In this document: positions 9,134 to 19,200 of the stretch, in pieces
Layout of the letters: each line of letters begins with the position of its first letter
How positions within the stretch are numbered: position 1 is the stretch's first letter
Source: a virus
Direction: 5' to 3' (one strand)
Length of the DNA stretch: 55,526 bases
Virus record (IMG/VR): IMGVR_UViG_3300022664_000329
Span: 1 to 55,526 of that record
Translations under genes and position numbers: made by a program
Notes under the pieces: model-generated
Databases searched by the model: none
The model's input: the letters and a program-made list of their open reading frames with translations, nothing else
What the model was told of the DNA's origin: nothing

Positions 9134-12100
9134 ATGTCGCACGAAGAAACGAAACGCACTGATCATATTTTCGATTTCCGCGGCTCCTGGCTGCCGTCTA
9201 TCGATCCGCTGAATATCGGCGGCAAGAATTTTTCGGCCATGGCCAATCAGATGCCCTCACCCGACGGACTGGAAGGCGTGCCGGGCTATTCAAAGGTGAC
9301 ATCGGCCGTGTATTCGTCCGTCTATACGGCGGCGCGCAGCGGCATCCAACTGCGCCAGGGATCAGGCACGCTGTCGCGACTGCTCATGCAGGCGCAAAAC
9401 GCCGCCGGGACGCAATCGGCGATTCTGGAAGTCAAAGCAGCAAGCGCCGCGGAAGACGTGCCCAACGTCAAGAATTTCGAGAGCGAACCCCTGCACATCG
9501 ACGCGCCAGGCGCCGGCCTCGGACGCTTCGCCAAATGGCCGCGCAATTCGATCGCCTACACCAACGGCCGCGAAACGCTGATCTACGGCGGCGACGAAGT
9601 GCCGCCCGCCCGATTCATCATCGGCGGAACGCCGCTGCTGGACACGATCAACAACGCGGTGGACTATACGGACGCGGTCACGAACGATCTCACGACGCCC
9701 GGCAACGTCGCCCGCATCGGTTCTTCCATCGACGCCGCGACGCTGCTTTATCTGGCCTGCGACGGGGACCAGGACGCAACGGATTTTATCGACGCCTCGA
9801 ACACGGACGGCGGCCGCGTGGTGCATACCGTCACGGCCAACGGCAGCGTGAAAATCGACCAGAAATACAAGAAATACGGCTCCGGCGCCGCCCTCTTCGC
9901 CTCCGGCGGCTATCTTTCCGCCCCGGACAGCGCCGACTGGCATTTCGGCGCGGGCAATTTCACGATCGACATGCAGACGCGGATGAATTTCGGCTCGCAC
10001 GGCCTGTGCGGTCAGTACGCGGACGCCCAGAATTTCTGGTACGCCAGGCTGACCAACGGGCTGGTGGAGGCGGGCGGCAATTCCTTTTCTGTTTCGTCGG
10101 TGTCGTTTCATGCCGTTTCCGGCGGCACGGCCGTGGCGCACTATGTGTTCACGTTCATCGATCCGATTTTCGAAAATCACTGGTACAACAAGTGGCAACA
10201 TATCGAGATCAGCCGCTCGGGCGCGACGATGCTCTGCTTCCGCGAAGGCCTCGGCCCCTCAAACACCGCGGAGACGACCGCCATCGGGACCAATGCGATG
10301 CCCGATCTGGACGCGCCTCTGACGATCGGCCGGGTCTCCAACGGCGCGTACCAGGCGCTCGGCCGCATGGATGAAATCCGGATATCCAAGGGCGTCGTCC
10401 GCCATCTGACGCCCTTCACGCCGCCCTCGACGGCCTACGGCGTATCCAACAATCTGATGGTGCTTTTCACCAACCGGCCCATCGATCGCGCCAAGATTTA
10501 TCTGACGTCTCTCAATACGGCCGCGGGGGCGGCGCTGTCCGCCATCTACTGGACCGGCGCGGAGTGGACGACGCTCGATCTCACGGACGGCAGCAGCGGA
10601 CTTTCCGTCAATGCCGGCGTCATTTCCTGGCCCGCGACCACGGGCAGCGCCAAACGCAAGCTGATCGCCGGCCAATACCGCTTTGTCTACGGGCTCGTCC
10701 TCTCCGCCGGCACGGCGGAAATCTACAAGGTGACGACGCATCCGCCGCTGCAGCCGATCCAGGATATCTGGGACGGCACGCTCCGGCCGGTGCTGGAGTT
10801 CGGACACTACCATTCGGGCGAGTTTTACGACGACACGAAAAACGTGCTCGAAGAAACGGCCGCAGGCATCGACGCCGACGCTTCCTATGTGGCCAACGTG
10901 GGCGGTCTGACGACGTCCGAGTACATCGATATCGCCGTCGCCGAACGGGCGGCCGGTTTCCGCATCACGATGTTTACGCGCAAGACGCACAAGGTCAACG
11001 TGGTCGTGGCGACGCTCCGGCCGCACTACTGGAACGGCCGGGCCTACGTCGCGCCCGAGGGCATTGTGGACGGCACGCTCGATCCCGACGACGGCACGAA
11101 GACGCTGAATCAGTCCGGCGATCTGTCCTATACGGTGCCGGACCTGTCGCAGGAGTTCCCCAGAACCGAACGCGGCAAAACGGCCTGGCGCTACCGCCTC
11201 ATTCCCAGCGATACGCTGCACTGCTACGGCGGCGGAAACGATGTCTGGATCGACAAGGTGGAGGCGATCCCCGCGCCGCAGCTGCCCAATAATCTCGGTT
11301 ATAAATTTCCGTTCATGCTGCAAAACCGCGCCATGCTCTGCAATCGCATCGCCTCCGGCGAAGGCAACCGCGTGGACTTTCCTCTGTCCGGCTCCACGGA
11401 GGGATGGAACGGCGAAGATTCGTCGTTCGGCGAAGGCAAAGACGCGCTGTTCATCGGCGGCGCGGAAGAGCTGACGTCCGCGTGCGAAATTTTCAACCGC
11501 CTGGGGTCGTCGATTTATGCGTTCGGACTGTTTTTCAAGGCCTATGAGACGTACATTCTGAACGGCTACGACGCGGAAACATTCAAATGGTATCAGATTT
11601 CAGACAAGATCGGCAATCCCGCGCCGCTGTCGCTGGATACGTACCAGATCACGGATTCCCGGCAGCAGGACCAGTCATCTCGCACGGTGGCCTGCTGGCT
11701 TTCCTACCAGGGGCCGTTCATGTATTTTGCGGGCGATATCATGCCCCTGCCCGGCCTGGACTGCTATTTCGATCCCAACGACGCACGCTGCATCAATTTT
11801 TCCGCCATCGAGGCGGCCCGCGGCTGGTTCGATCCGGACAAGCCGCACTATAATATCCAGTTTCCCTCCGGCGCCGGACAGACCGCCAATAATGTCTGGC
11901 TGGCCTACGATTTCGCGTCGAAGCGCTGGTATTCGAAAGCGCCCTCGTGCGCCAGTCCCTATCTATCCGCCCATATCTGCGTGGTGGACGCGGCCGGCCG
12001 GAAATACGTGTACGGCGCGCGCGCCAACGGGTATCTCATGCGCCTGGAGCACGGCACGACCTGGGACGGTTCGGCGATAGCGCAGTATGTGGAAACCGGT

Positions 12101-12415
12101 GAAATCCTGCCCGCGACCATCTGGGATCTGTGCAAGAATACGCTTTTCAAGTTGATGTACCGCCCGATTGCCGAAGACGCCACGCTGACGGTGACGCTGT
12201 ATCGCAACGGCGAAAGCGATCCCAACGGCCAGGTGCTGGCCCAGATTGCGCTGAAGGGCACAGGCCGCTATCTGGTGTACAATAAGAAGTTGTCTGCCGA
12301 TGCGTTTACCGGCTACCGGCTGAGATTTTCCGCGGCCACGTCGGCCACGCCGCGCGGCTTGCAGATGCTGGCCTGGGGCATCAAACATTCGGTGGATCAT
12401 AAGCATGATCAGTAG
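9134..12415 (+). CDS. Large tail (nozzle/tubular-B position) protein with an inserted LamG/concanavalin-like domain (1,093 aa)
   Basis: Synteny, plus a segment (~aa 200-420: LACDGDQDATDFIDAS...GSGAALFASGGYLSAPDSADWHFGAGNFTIDMQ...LTIGRVSNGAYQALGRMDEIRISKG) that is typical of Laminin_G_3-type domains. Confidence 0.45.
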   Translation: MSHEETKRTDHIFDFRGSWLPSIDPLNIGGKNFSAMANQMPSPDGLEGVPGYSKVTSAVYSSVYTAARSGIQLRQGSGTLSRLLMQAQNAAGTQSAILEVKAASAAEDVPNVKNFESEPLHIDAPGAGLGRFAKWPRNSIAYTNGRETLIYGGDEVPPARFIIGGTPLLDTINNAVDYTDAVTNDLTTPGNVARIGSSIDAATLLYLACDGDQDATDFIDASNTDGGRVVHTVTANGSVKIDQKYKKYGSGAALFASGGYLSAPDSADWHFGAGNFTIDMQTRMNFGSHGLCGQYADAQNFWYARLTNGLVEAGGNSFSVSSVSFHAVSGGTAVAHYVFTFIDPIFENHWYNKWQHIEISRSGATMLCFREGLGPSNTAETTAIGTNAMPDLDAPLTIGRVSNGAYQALGRMDEIRISKGVVRHLTPFTPPSTAYGVSNNLMVLFTNRPIDRAKIYLTSLNTAAGAALSAIYWTGAEWTTLDLTDGSSGLSVNAGVISWPATTGSAKRKLIAGQYRFVYGLVLSAGTAEIYKVTTHPPLQPIQDIWDGTLRPVLEFGHYHSGEFYDDTKNVLEETAAGIDADASYVANVGGLTTSEYIDIAVAERAAGFRITMFTRKTHKVNVVVATLRPHYWNGRAYVAPEGIVDGTLDPDDGTKTLNQSGDLSYTVPDLSQEFPRTERGKTAWRYRLIPSDTLHCYGGGNDVWIDKVEAIPAPQLPNNLGYKFPFMLQNRAMLCNRIASGEGNRVDFPLSGSTEGWNGEDSSFGEGKDALFIGGAEELTSACEIFNRLGSSIYAFGLFFKAYETYILNGYDAETFKWYQISDKIGNPAPLSLDTYQITDSRQQDQSSRTVACWLSYQGPFMYFAGDIMPLPGLDCYFDPNDARCINFSAIEAARGWFDPDKPHYNIQFPSGAGQTANNVWLAYDFASKRWYSKAPSCASPYLSAHICVVDAAGRKYVYGARANGYLMRLEHGTTWDGSAIAQYVETGEILPATIWDLCKNTLFKLMYRPIAEDATLTVTLYRNGESDPNGQVLAQIALKGTGRYLVYNKKLSADAFTGYRLRFSAATSATPRGLQMLAWGIKHSVDHKHDQ

Positions 12416-12448
12416 TTTCACGGGAAACACGAGAAAGGAGTCCCAACC

Positions 12449-12979
12449 ATGGCACATTCCGGACATGAATATCTGTTGCGCCGCGCCTCGCTGCGCGAGG
12501 CGGCCAAGGCTTCGGCGACGGGCATGACGCCGTCCAACGACGAGGCAGTGGTCGAAGCGACGTCCGCCCGGGCGGCAGCGGACGCTGACGCGATCCGCCA
12601 CGACGCCGCTTTAAAATTCGACGAACGCCGTTTTGTATCCCATCTGCTCAATACGTACGATCAACTGGCCGCCTGGGGCAAGCAAAACGATCTGGCGACG
12701 CTGATTGCCGGCGCTACGCTGCCGGTGCAAGGCATCGCCGCGGCCAAGCAGATAGACAGCATGAATCGGCAGGAACAAGGCTTGAAGGATGCGGCCGCCT
12801 TGCTCCGGAAGCCCGTGGGGCTCGCTGAGGCGGCCAACGCCGAAGGCCGCGCCTTGTGGAACAATACCCGTCCATTAACCTCCGCCGAGGAAAACGCAGC
12901 GCTCCTGCCCAGAAATGAAATCGGCCGGGTGGTGGACGACTACGCCAATCAACTGAAACGGAGGCCCGTAGTACGATGA
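12449..12979 (+). CDS. Putative internal virion / ejection protein (176 aa)
   Basis: SD aaaggag upstream. Sits between the tail gene and the giant internal protein, analogous to the T7 gp13-15 block. No motif. Confidence 0.35.
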   Translation: MAHSGHEYLLRRASLREAAKASATGMTPSNDEAVVEATSARAAADADAIRHDAALKFDERRFVSHLLNTYDQLAAWGKQNDLATLIAGATLPVQGIAAAKQIDSMNRQEQGLKDAAALLRKPVGLAEAANAEGRALWNNTRPLTSAEENAALLPRNEIGRVVDDYANQLKRRPVVR

Positions 12980-14124
12980 CATCTTTATCTTCCATCGCCG
13001 ACGAACAGTTATCCGGACTGACCGGACGGAAAACCAAATTCAACCGCAATCTGGCCATCATCAGCCAAATCCCCGCCGCCCGGGAAATTGAGAAGGTCCG
13101 GCAAGTAGAGAAAAAACAGGAAAAACAGCTTGCGGCCCAAAACAATCTGCAGCGCCAAAATGCCGAGATCGCGGAGACGCAGGCCAACCGCGCCGCGCTT
13201 TTGCAAGGCGGCACGACGCTGGGCCAGGCGGCTTATCTGACACGCGACTCCTGGCTGCCCGCCGCCAAAAACGCACTGGGGTTAGGCGAAGCGGCGCTGA
13301 ATCCGGACGCAGCAGCCAAGGCGACGCAGACCGCCCTCGACGCCCTGCCCGCTCCATCCTTTGCCAACGTCGCCCCGGCGCCCGGCATCAACGCGACGCC
13401 TGTCCCGCTGGCCGAGGCGGCTCAGACGGCCGTCGCTCCCGCCGCCGAAGCGGCAGCCACAGGACTGGCCGAGGCGGCCGGCGAAGCGATTCCCCAGGCC
13501 GTGATCGACAGCGGCATTGATATTTCCGGCACGATCGTCGGCGAAGGCGCGGCGACCGCGGGCGCGGAAGCCGCCTCCGCCGCCGGAAGCGGCGCGCTTT
13601 CGACGATTTCCTCGGCCGTCAGCACCGCGATTCCCTATGTCGGCATCGCCGCTCTGTCCGACCTGGCGGACAAGTATATCACGCGGCCGATCGTCGATAA
13701 GATCGTGGGCGACGAAGGCACGAAAGAAGCCGTCAATGTCTTTCTGGACATTCACAATCCGATCCGGCCGCTGGCCCGTCTCGGCGGGTGCATCATCATC
13801 ACGGCCTGCACGTCTCCCGACGCGCCGGAAGTGCAGATTGCGCGGGAATACCGCGATGCCTATCTCTCGGTCGAGCAACTGCGCGGCTATTACATCATTG
13901 CGGAGACAGTCGTTCCGCTCATCCAACGACGCCGCGTTGTCAAACGGCTGGTGAAACGGTATCTGGTGGATTCACTGGTGGCCGTCGGGCGCTATGAGTT
14001 GCAGAAATCGCCCGCCCGACCGTCTTTTTTCGCGCGACGCGTCACACGGTCTTTTTTAAAACTCTGCCGTTTCATCGGCCGCCGCCGGACGTCGTTTGTC
14101 CGCGCCAACGGCGAAACTGTCTAA
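12976..14124 (+). CDS. Putative internal virion protein (382 aa), Ala-rich with a Cys-containing basic C-terminal module
   Basis: ATGA overlap with the upstream gene. A long Ala/Gly/Thr-rich low-complexity centre is followed by GCIIITACTSPDAPEVQIAREYRDAYL. Confidence 0.35.
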   Translation: MTSLSSIADEQLSGLTGRKTKFNRNLAIISQIPAAREIEKVRQVEKKQEKQLAAQNNLQRQNAEIAETQANRAALLQGGTTLGQAAYLTRDSWLPAAKNALGLGEAALNPDAAAKATQTALDALPAPSFANVAPAPGINATPVPLAEAAQTAVAPAAEAAATGLAEAAGEAIPQAVIDSGIDISGTIVGEGAATAGAEAASAAGSGALSTISSAVSTAIPYVGIAALSDLADKYITRPIVDKIVGDEGTKEAVNVFLDIHNPIRPLARLGGCIIITACTSPDAPEVQIAREYRDAYLSVEQLRGYYIIAETVVPLIQRRRVVKRLVKRYLVDSLVAVGRYELQKSPARPSFFARRVTRSFLKLCRFIGRRRTSFVRANGETV

Positions 14125-14136
14125 GGAGGTGCCACC

Positions 14137-15411
14137 ATGTACAATCCCTACGGAGCCGTTCCCGAAGCCATCAAAGACGCGCGCGTCTCGCTGCGCGACA
14201 TCACGGCCGATCTTTTGGCCACCAAAAAAATGGAAGGCGAGCTGACGCTGGCCAAAACCAAGGCCGAAACGGAGGCGTCCCTTGCCGCCGCCGCCTCCGA
14301 ACGCTATAAGCTCGAAAACGAAAAGGACATCTCGCGGATGAATATGCAGTCCGATCAGTTCAACCGGCAGCTGGATCAGTCCGGGCGACAGTTCCAGGAT
14401 AACTTTTCCCTGGCCAAAAGCGCCCAGGCGTTTCAGCAGGGGCCGAAGTTCGAGCAGGAAAAAAGACTGACCGACGTGCAAATCGCCGCGTCCCGCGCGC
14501 AGACGGCGCATTCCGCCGCGCAAACCCGCCAGCTCCAGCGCAGCGAGCAGCAGATCACGCCCCGGGCCTATCTGCAGGAGCTCGGCGCTCCGGATGGGCT
14601 CTTTGCACTGTTTCCGAACATCCAGCCGGATAAATCCTACCAACGCTGGCAGCTCGAAGATTTCAAGAATCAGTTTGTCGATTTCAATAAACGCAATCCC
14701 GCCGTGGCGCTGCTTTCGAACATGGCCGCGGTGCAGCAGCAAATCCCCGCCCTGGTGCAGCAGTTCCACGCGGAGCAGGATCCGGCCAAAAAGAAGGTTC
14801 TGGGCGACCGGGTGCGCCAACTGTATGAGGCGCAGGACGTGGGACAGCGCCTGGTGCTGGCGGCCAACGAACCTTCGGCGGTGGAGATCACCCGGGCCGC
14901 GGAAAAACTGGGCGAAGACCCGCAGGAGTTTGCTAAAAAAGTCAATGAGGTCCGTTCAGCGATTCAGCCGAATCTGCGGCAATGGCGGATGGATGCAGCC
15001 ACTTTTGAGATTTCGCCGACATACGGCAGCGATGTGACGCAATACGCCAAGATCATCGAAACGAAAATGCCCGCCGGTCCGCAAAAAACACAGCTGATCG
15101 CCGCACACAAGGCGCTGCAGGATAAGGTCGCGGCAGGCGATCCGGCCGCCGCGAAACAGCTATACGACAATATGAAAGGCTGGGCGCAGCATCTGACCTC
15201 CGGAACGCCCACCGGCAAACAGGCCGGCACCAAACCCGCACCCGGAAAGCCGGCCGGTGAGTCCTCTCTGTCCAAGGCGGCGGTTTCCGCAGTCCATCAT
15301 CCGCTCGATCCCTTCGGCCCGGCCAATCCCGGCAGCACCGGGTATGCGCTGGACGACATCGCCCGCGCGGTTAAGCTGACATTGAACCCAAAAAACGGAG
15401 AAAGCAAATAA
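14137..15411 (+). CDS. Putative internal virion protein (424 aa), coiled-coil rich
   Basis: SD aaggaggt upstream. Gln/Ala/Lys-rich helical sequence. The call rests on synteny. Confidence 0.35.
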   Translation: MYNPYGAVPEAIKDARVSLRDITADLLATKKMEGELTLAKTKAETEASLAAAASERYKLENEKDISRMNMQSDQFNRQLDQSGRQFQDNFSLAKSAQAFQQGPKFEQEKRLTDVQIAASRAQTAHSAAQTRQLQRSEQQITPRAYLQELGAPDGLFALFPNIQPDKSYQRWQLEDFKNQFVDFNKRNPAVALLSNMAAVQQQIPALVQQFHAEQDPAKKKVLGDRVRQLYEAQDVGQRLVLAANEPSAVEITRAAEKLGEDPQEFAKKVNEVRSAIQPNLRQWRMDAATFEISPTYGSDVTQYAKIIETKMPAGPQKTQLIAAHKALQDKVAAGDPAAAKQLYDNMKGWAQHLTSGTPTGKQAGTKPAPGKPAGESSLSKAAVSAVHHPLDPFGPANPGSTGYALDDIARAVKLTLNPKNGESK

Positions 15412-15511
15412 CTGGCCGCAAGATAGAGGATTGATTCCCGCTTGACTTCGCCTGCGAAAATGGCAAAATAAAATAGTCTTTGCCATCAACGCCATAAAAG
15501 GAGCAGCAACT

Positions 15512-16120
15512 ATGAAAAAGATAGGGCTTGTTCTTATCCTCGCAGGATTTTTTCTTCAGCTTGCCGCCATCGCCTTGGTCGGAAACTATGAGCCGAAACT
15601 GGGATTTATCGGCAGCATGGACCGGATGGAAGTGGTTTTACATCAGGGACGTTTCGATCGGGAGGCATTTTTACACGATGCCGCCGTGGCATTCGTTTCC
15701 TCCGGCAACGTGGACCGCATCAACAAAAGCGATCTTACGTATTATCCCGATCGCGTATCCATAGGCTACCGCAGCATGTTCATCATCGCGCTCCTCGTGT
15801 TCTTTTCCGGCGCAACGCTGCTGGTCTTTTCCGGCGGGCGATCTTTTCCGGTAAGGATGCCACTGCAAAAAACACTCAGCCCCCGCGGCAGGACCGCCGC
15901 GATTATTGCGCTTGTGGTTGTGCTGGCGGCGGCTCTGGGCCTGGCCCGGGAATTGTGGCCCAATGCTTTTTGGCTGCGGATCGGCATCAGTATGATCGGC
16001 ATCGCGTTTTTCTGTTTCCTGATCGGTAAGCGCAGATCCGCGCCGCAAAATAATCCGCGGTGGCGCGACGGACTGAGACGTCTCGACGCCCCCGCACACG
16101 GGAACGAAAAAAGGATTTGA
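15512..16120 (+). CDS. Multi-pass membrane protein (202 aa), moron-like
   Basis: Four or five hydrophobic segments (LVLILAGFFLQLAAIALVG; MFIIALLVFFSGATLLVF; AAIIALVVVLAAALGLA; ISMIGIAFFCFLIG). Visibly lower GC than its neighbours. It has its own SD, and a terminator lies downstream. Confidence 0.6.
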   Translation: MKKIGLVLILAGFFLQLAAIALVGNYEPKLGFIGSMDRMEVVLHQGRFDREAFLHDAAVAFVSSGNVDRINKSDLTYYPDRVSIGYRSMFIIALLVFFSGATLLVFSGGRSFPVRMPLQKTLSPRGRTAAIIALVVVLAAALGLARELWPNAFWLRIGISMIGIAFFCFLIGKRRSAPQNNPRWRDGLRRLDAPAHGNEKRI

Positions 16121-16145
16121 TTTGTCAAAAAACTCGCTTTATAAA
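16117..16145 (+). promoter_or_regulatory. Sigma70-like promoter TTGATT-N17-TATAAA overlapping the stop codon of the membrane-protein gene
   Basis: Hexamers read directly. The same arrangement recurs at 34553-34582. Confidence 0.4.
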
Positions 16146-16153
16146 ATGGGCAT

Positions 16154-16172
16154 TCCGGCCTGATCACCCGGA
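16154..16172 (+). promoter_or_regulatory. Dyad-symmetric box TCCGGccTGATCAccCGGA (copy A)
   Basis: Near-identical copy at 34604-34622 (TCCGGatTGATCAccCGGA). Lies between the promoter and the terminator. Confidence 0.4.
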
Positions 16173-16212
16173 TCGACCCACAACATAACCCGCACACAGC
16201 GGGCAAGAACAC

Positions 16213-16249
16213 AAAACCCGGACGGCACCGCAACCGCCCGGGTTTTTTT
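16213..16249 (+). terminator. Rho-independent terminator (copy A) directly upstream of the giant gene's RBS
   Basis: aaaaCCCGGaCGGcaccgcaaCCGcCCGGGttttttt. Near-identical copy at 34634-34669. Confidence 0.6.
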
Positions 16250-16268
16250 ATGCCTGGAGGAAACCGAG

Positions 16269-19200
16269 ATGCCGGACACCGACCGCCGCAATCATCACGA
16301 CATTGGCTATGGAGAGGATTTCTACCGAGCTTTAGACCCGCATTACCACGCGCCCGCCGCCCTTCCCGAAGCAAAATCAAATAACGATGCCGGTTATGGA
16401 GAGGATTTCTACCGGACTTTAGACCCGGATGCGCCGGCAACGCAAAAATCGCCTGCGGTCAAGACACCGTTACAAAACGCCCCCGAGCAACGCGGATTTT
16501 TCAAGGAAGCGGCCTCCGCGCTGGCTTCGGGCGCCGTCTCCACGGCGGAAGCCCTGACGTCCACAGCCGAGATGATCGGCGTGCCGGGCGCCGAGCGCGC
16601 TTCTTCCTATCTGCGCGGCGTGCAGGAATCCGAAGCGCTGGTCCGCCCCGATTATCTGCGCTCAGGCACCGTCCTGGATGAGCCCGCCCGCCTGGCCGAC
16701 TGGCGCTGGTGGACGAGAACAGTCGGAGAAAATATTCCCAATGCGCTGGCGATGCTGGTTCCGGCCGGCGCGGTAAGCAAGCTGGGCCAGATCGGCAAGC
16801 TCGGCACACTGCTCAAGGGCAGCGCAACCGCCCGCCGGGCCGCCGCCCTGGGCGCCGGCTTTTCGGCGTCCTTTCCCCTGGAAGCCGGTTCGGCGTATTC
16901 GAGCGCGAAACAGGAGATGTCGGCCACAGGACAGTATGACGCGGATACGATCGAACGCATTGCCACGGCCGAAGGCCTGGTCGCCGGAACGACAAACGCG
17001 ATTATCGAGCTGCTGCCGATCGACAGCCTGCTTTTCAAGCAGTCCGGCGGCGATCGGCTGCTGCGCCGCATTCTCCGGCAGGCGTACATCGAGGGCGGCA
17101 CGGAAACGGTGCAGGAGGCGGTCAATATTCTGGTGGAGCAGTACGGGCATGCCCCCGACGCCACGCTGAAGGATCAGATCGGCCGCGTGATCGAGGCGGG
17201 ACTGGCCGGCGGGGTGATCGGCGGCGGTTTCGGCGCGACGATCGGCACGGCCGAGCATCGCGCAAAGACCAACGCCTATTTGGCCATCGCGCATAAAACG
17301 GACCTGGATGAAGATATTGTCCGCTGGAAACAGGAGGACCTGCCGGACAAAAACATTGCCGAGCTGGTATCCGCAAGGCTCGATGACTACCGCCGCAGCG
17401 CCGCGCCCGACGAAACAACGCAGATTCCCGCCAAGATCGACGCGGCGGAAATGGTGTCGTTTGTGCTGTACGGCTCCGGCAGATTCCAGCCGGACCGCTC
17501 CGGTGCAAAAAAGAAAGCAGCCGTTTTACGCGCGATGGGCATGAAACCGAAAACGCCGCCCGCGGAAATGCCGATGACGACATCGGCCGCCGACGGCAAG
17601 GCGGTGATCACGGAAGAACAACGCGCCCAGGCGCAAAACGAGCGGGCCGCCGCGAACAGGAAGGCCCAGGGAAAGACGTTGTTCGACGCGGTGGCCAGCG
17701 AGGACCTGGCCGAAACGCAGGCGATCGAACAGGCGCGCCAGGATGACGAGGCCCGCCGCAATGCAGAAACGGTCCGCCTGGCCGCCGCCGAGCAGGCCAG
17801 CCGGGATAAGGCGGTAGCAGACGCCCAGAGCCGGCAAGACGCGCTCATCGCCCGCCTGGCCGGCGCTGATCCGCAAAAGCAGGCCCTCGTCCAAGACGTG
17901 CTGGGGCTTTCGGAACGGGCGCTTTTGTCCGCTGTGCAAAAAGAGCTGAAGCTGACTGTTACGCCCGCCGGCCCGGGAGCTTACACGGTGGAGACGCCCG
18001 GCGGGCCGCAGCCCGCCGATCTGTTCGATTTACGGCAACGCCTGGCCGAAAAGCGCTCGGCCGATTTTACGGCCCGCCAGGACGAGGAAGCGGCAAACGC
18101 GGCCGCGGTCCGCCGAATGGAAGAAGAACAGGCCCGGAAAAAAAGGGAGCGGGAAGCCGCCGCCGCTCTTGATATGTCCCGCCGTTCCCTTGTGGCTTCG
18201 CTTTCCGGCCCGACGCCGCAGCAGTTGGCCCATCTCAATGCCAACCGGCAGCGTTTGACGCCGGACGAGATTGCACGCCTGGACCGCTGGATGAAGAAGG
18301 ACCGCGACTCTGCGCCGGTGTCGCCGCCGCCTGCGCCCCGCCCGCCGGCTGTTATTTCGGAAGAGGTCAATGCCGCCGCCAAAGCGGCGCCACCCCCAAA
18401 GCAGGACAACGGGCAGGATGACGAGGCGGCCCTGGTCGATCTGATGCTGTCCGATGTGGCCAACGCCCGCAAGGGCGGAGAGCTGCGCACGGACGATGCC
18501 GGAGAAACGATACGGGACACGGCGGGCATTGCCTGGCTTACGGCCGCGAACAGAGCGGGCGCGGACGTAACGGTGAAGGACGCTAAAACGGTGCTCAACA
18601 AGGTCAAGACCGGAGAGGACCTGACGGAGCGCCAGCAAAGGCAGCTGACGGCGATTCTGGACGCCATGCGGGCGGCCGGCGGGGCGAAAGTCACGCAGGC
18701 GCTTTCCTGGGCGAAAAAAGGCTATATTCCGGTGGACAATCGCCGCATCGCCGTGCGCGACATGGTGGAAGGCGACTCCTATGTGATCGACAACGAGGAA
18801 TTCCGCGTCACGGATATCGATGACGCAGGAAATGTCACGCTCAAAGACGGAACGATCAAGAAGGTCCGCGACGGCGAGATGCTGACCGGCGTGGATTTTG
18901 TGAAGCCCGTGGAAGGCGCGGAAGATTTCAGCGGCGAATCCTTTGACGACGCCATGAAAAGAGTGGAGAGCGAAGCGGAGCCCCCCCAAGCGCCGCCGGT
19001 TCCCGAGAGCCGAAAGACGCCGCCCGCTTCCGTCGCCGTGACGACGGGGCTGAAAACCAAAGCTCCGGAGAAACGGGATATTTCGCAACTGGCCGGCGAT
19101 CTGGCCGCCGGACGTATCGCGCCCGGGAAATTCACGTTTCCCGCAGATGTTACGCCGCAGGAGATAAACGAGGTCTGGGACGATCTTTCCGCCGCCGTGG

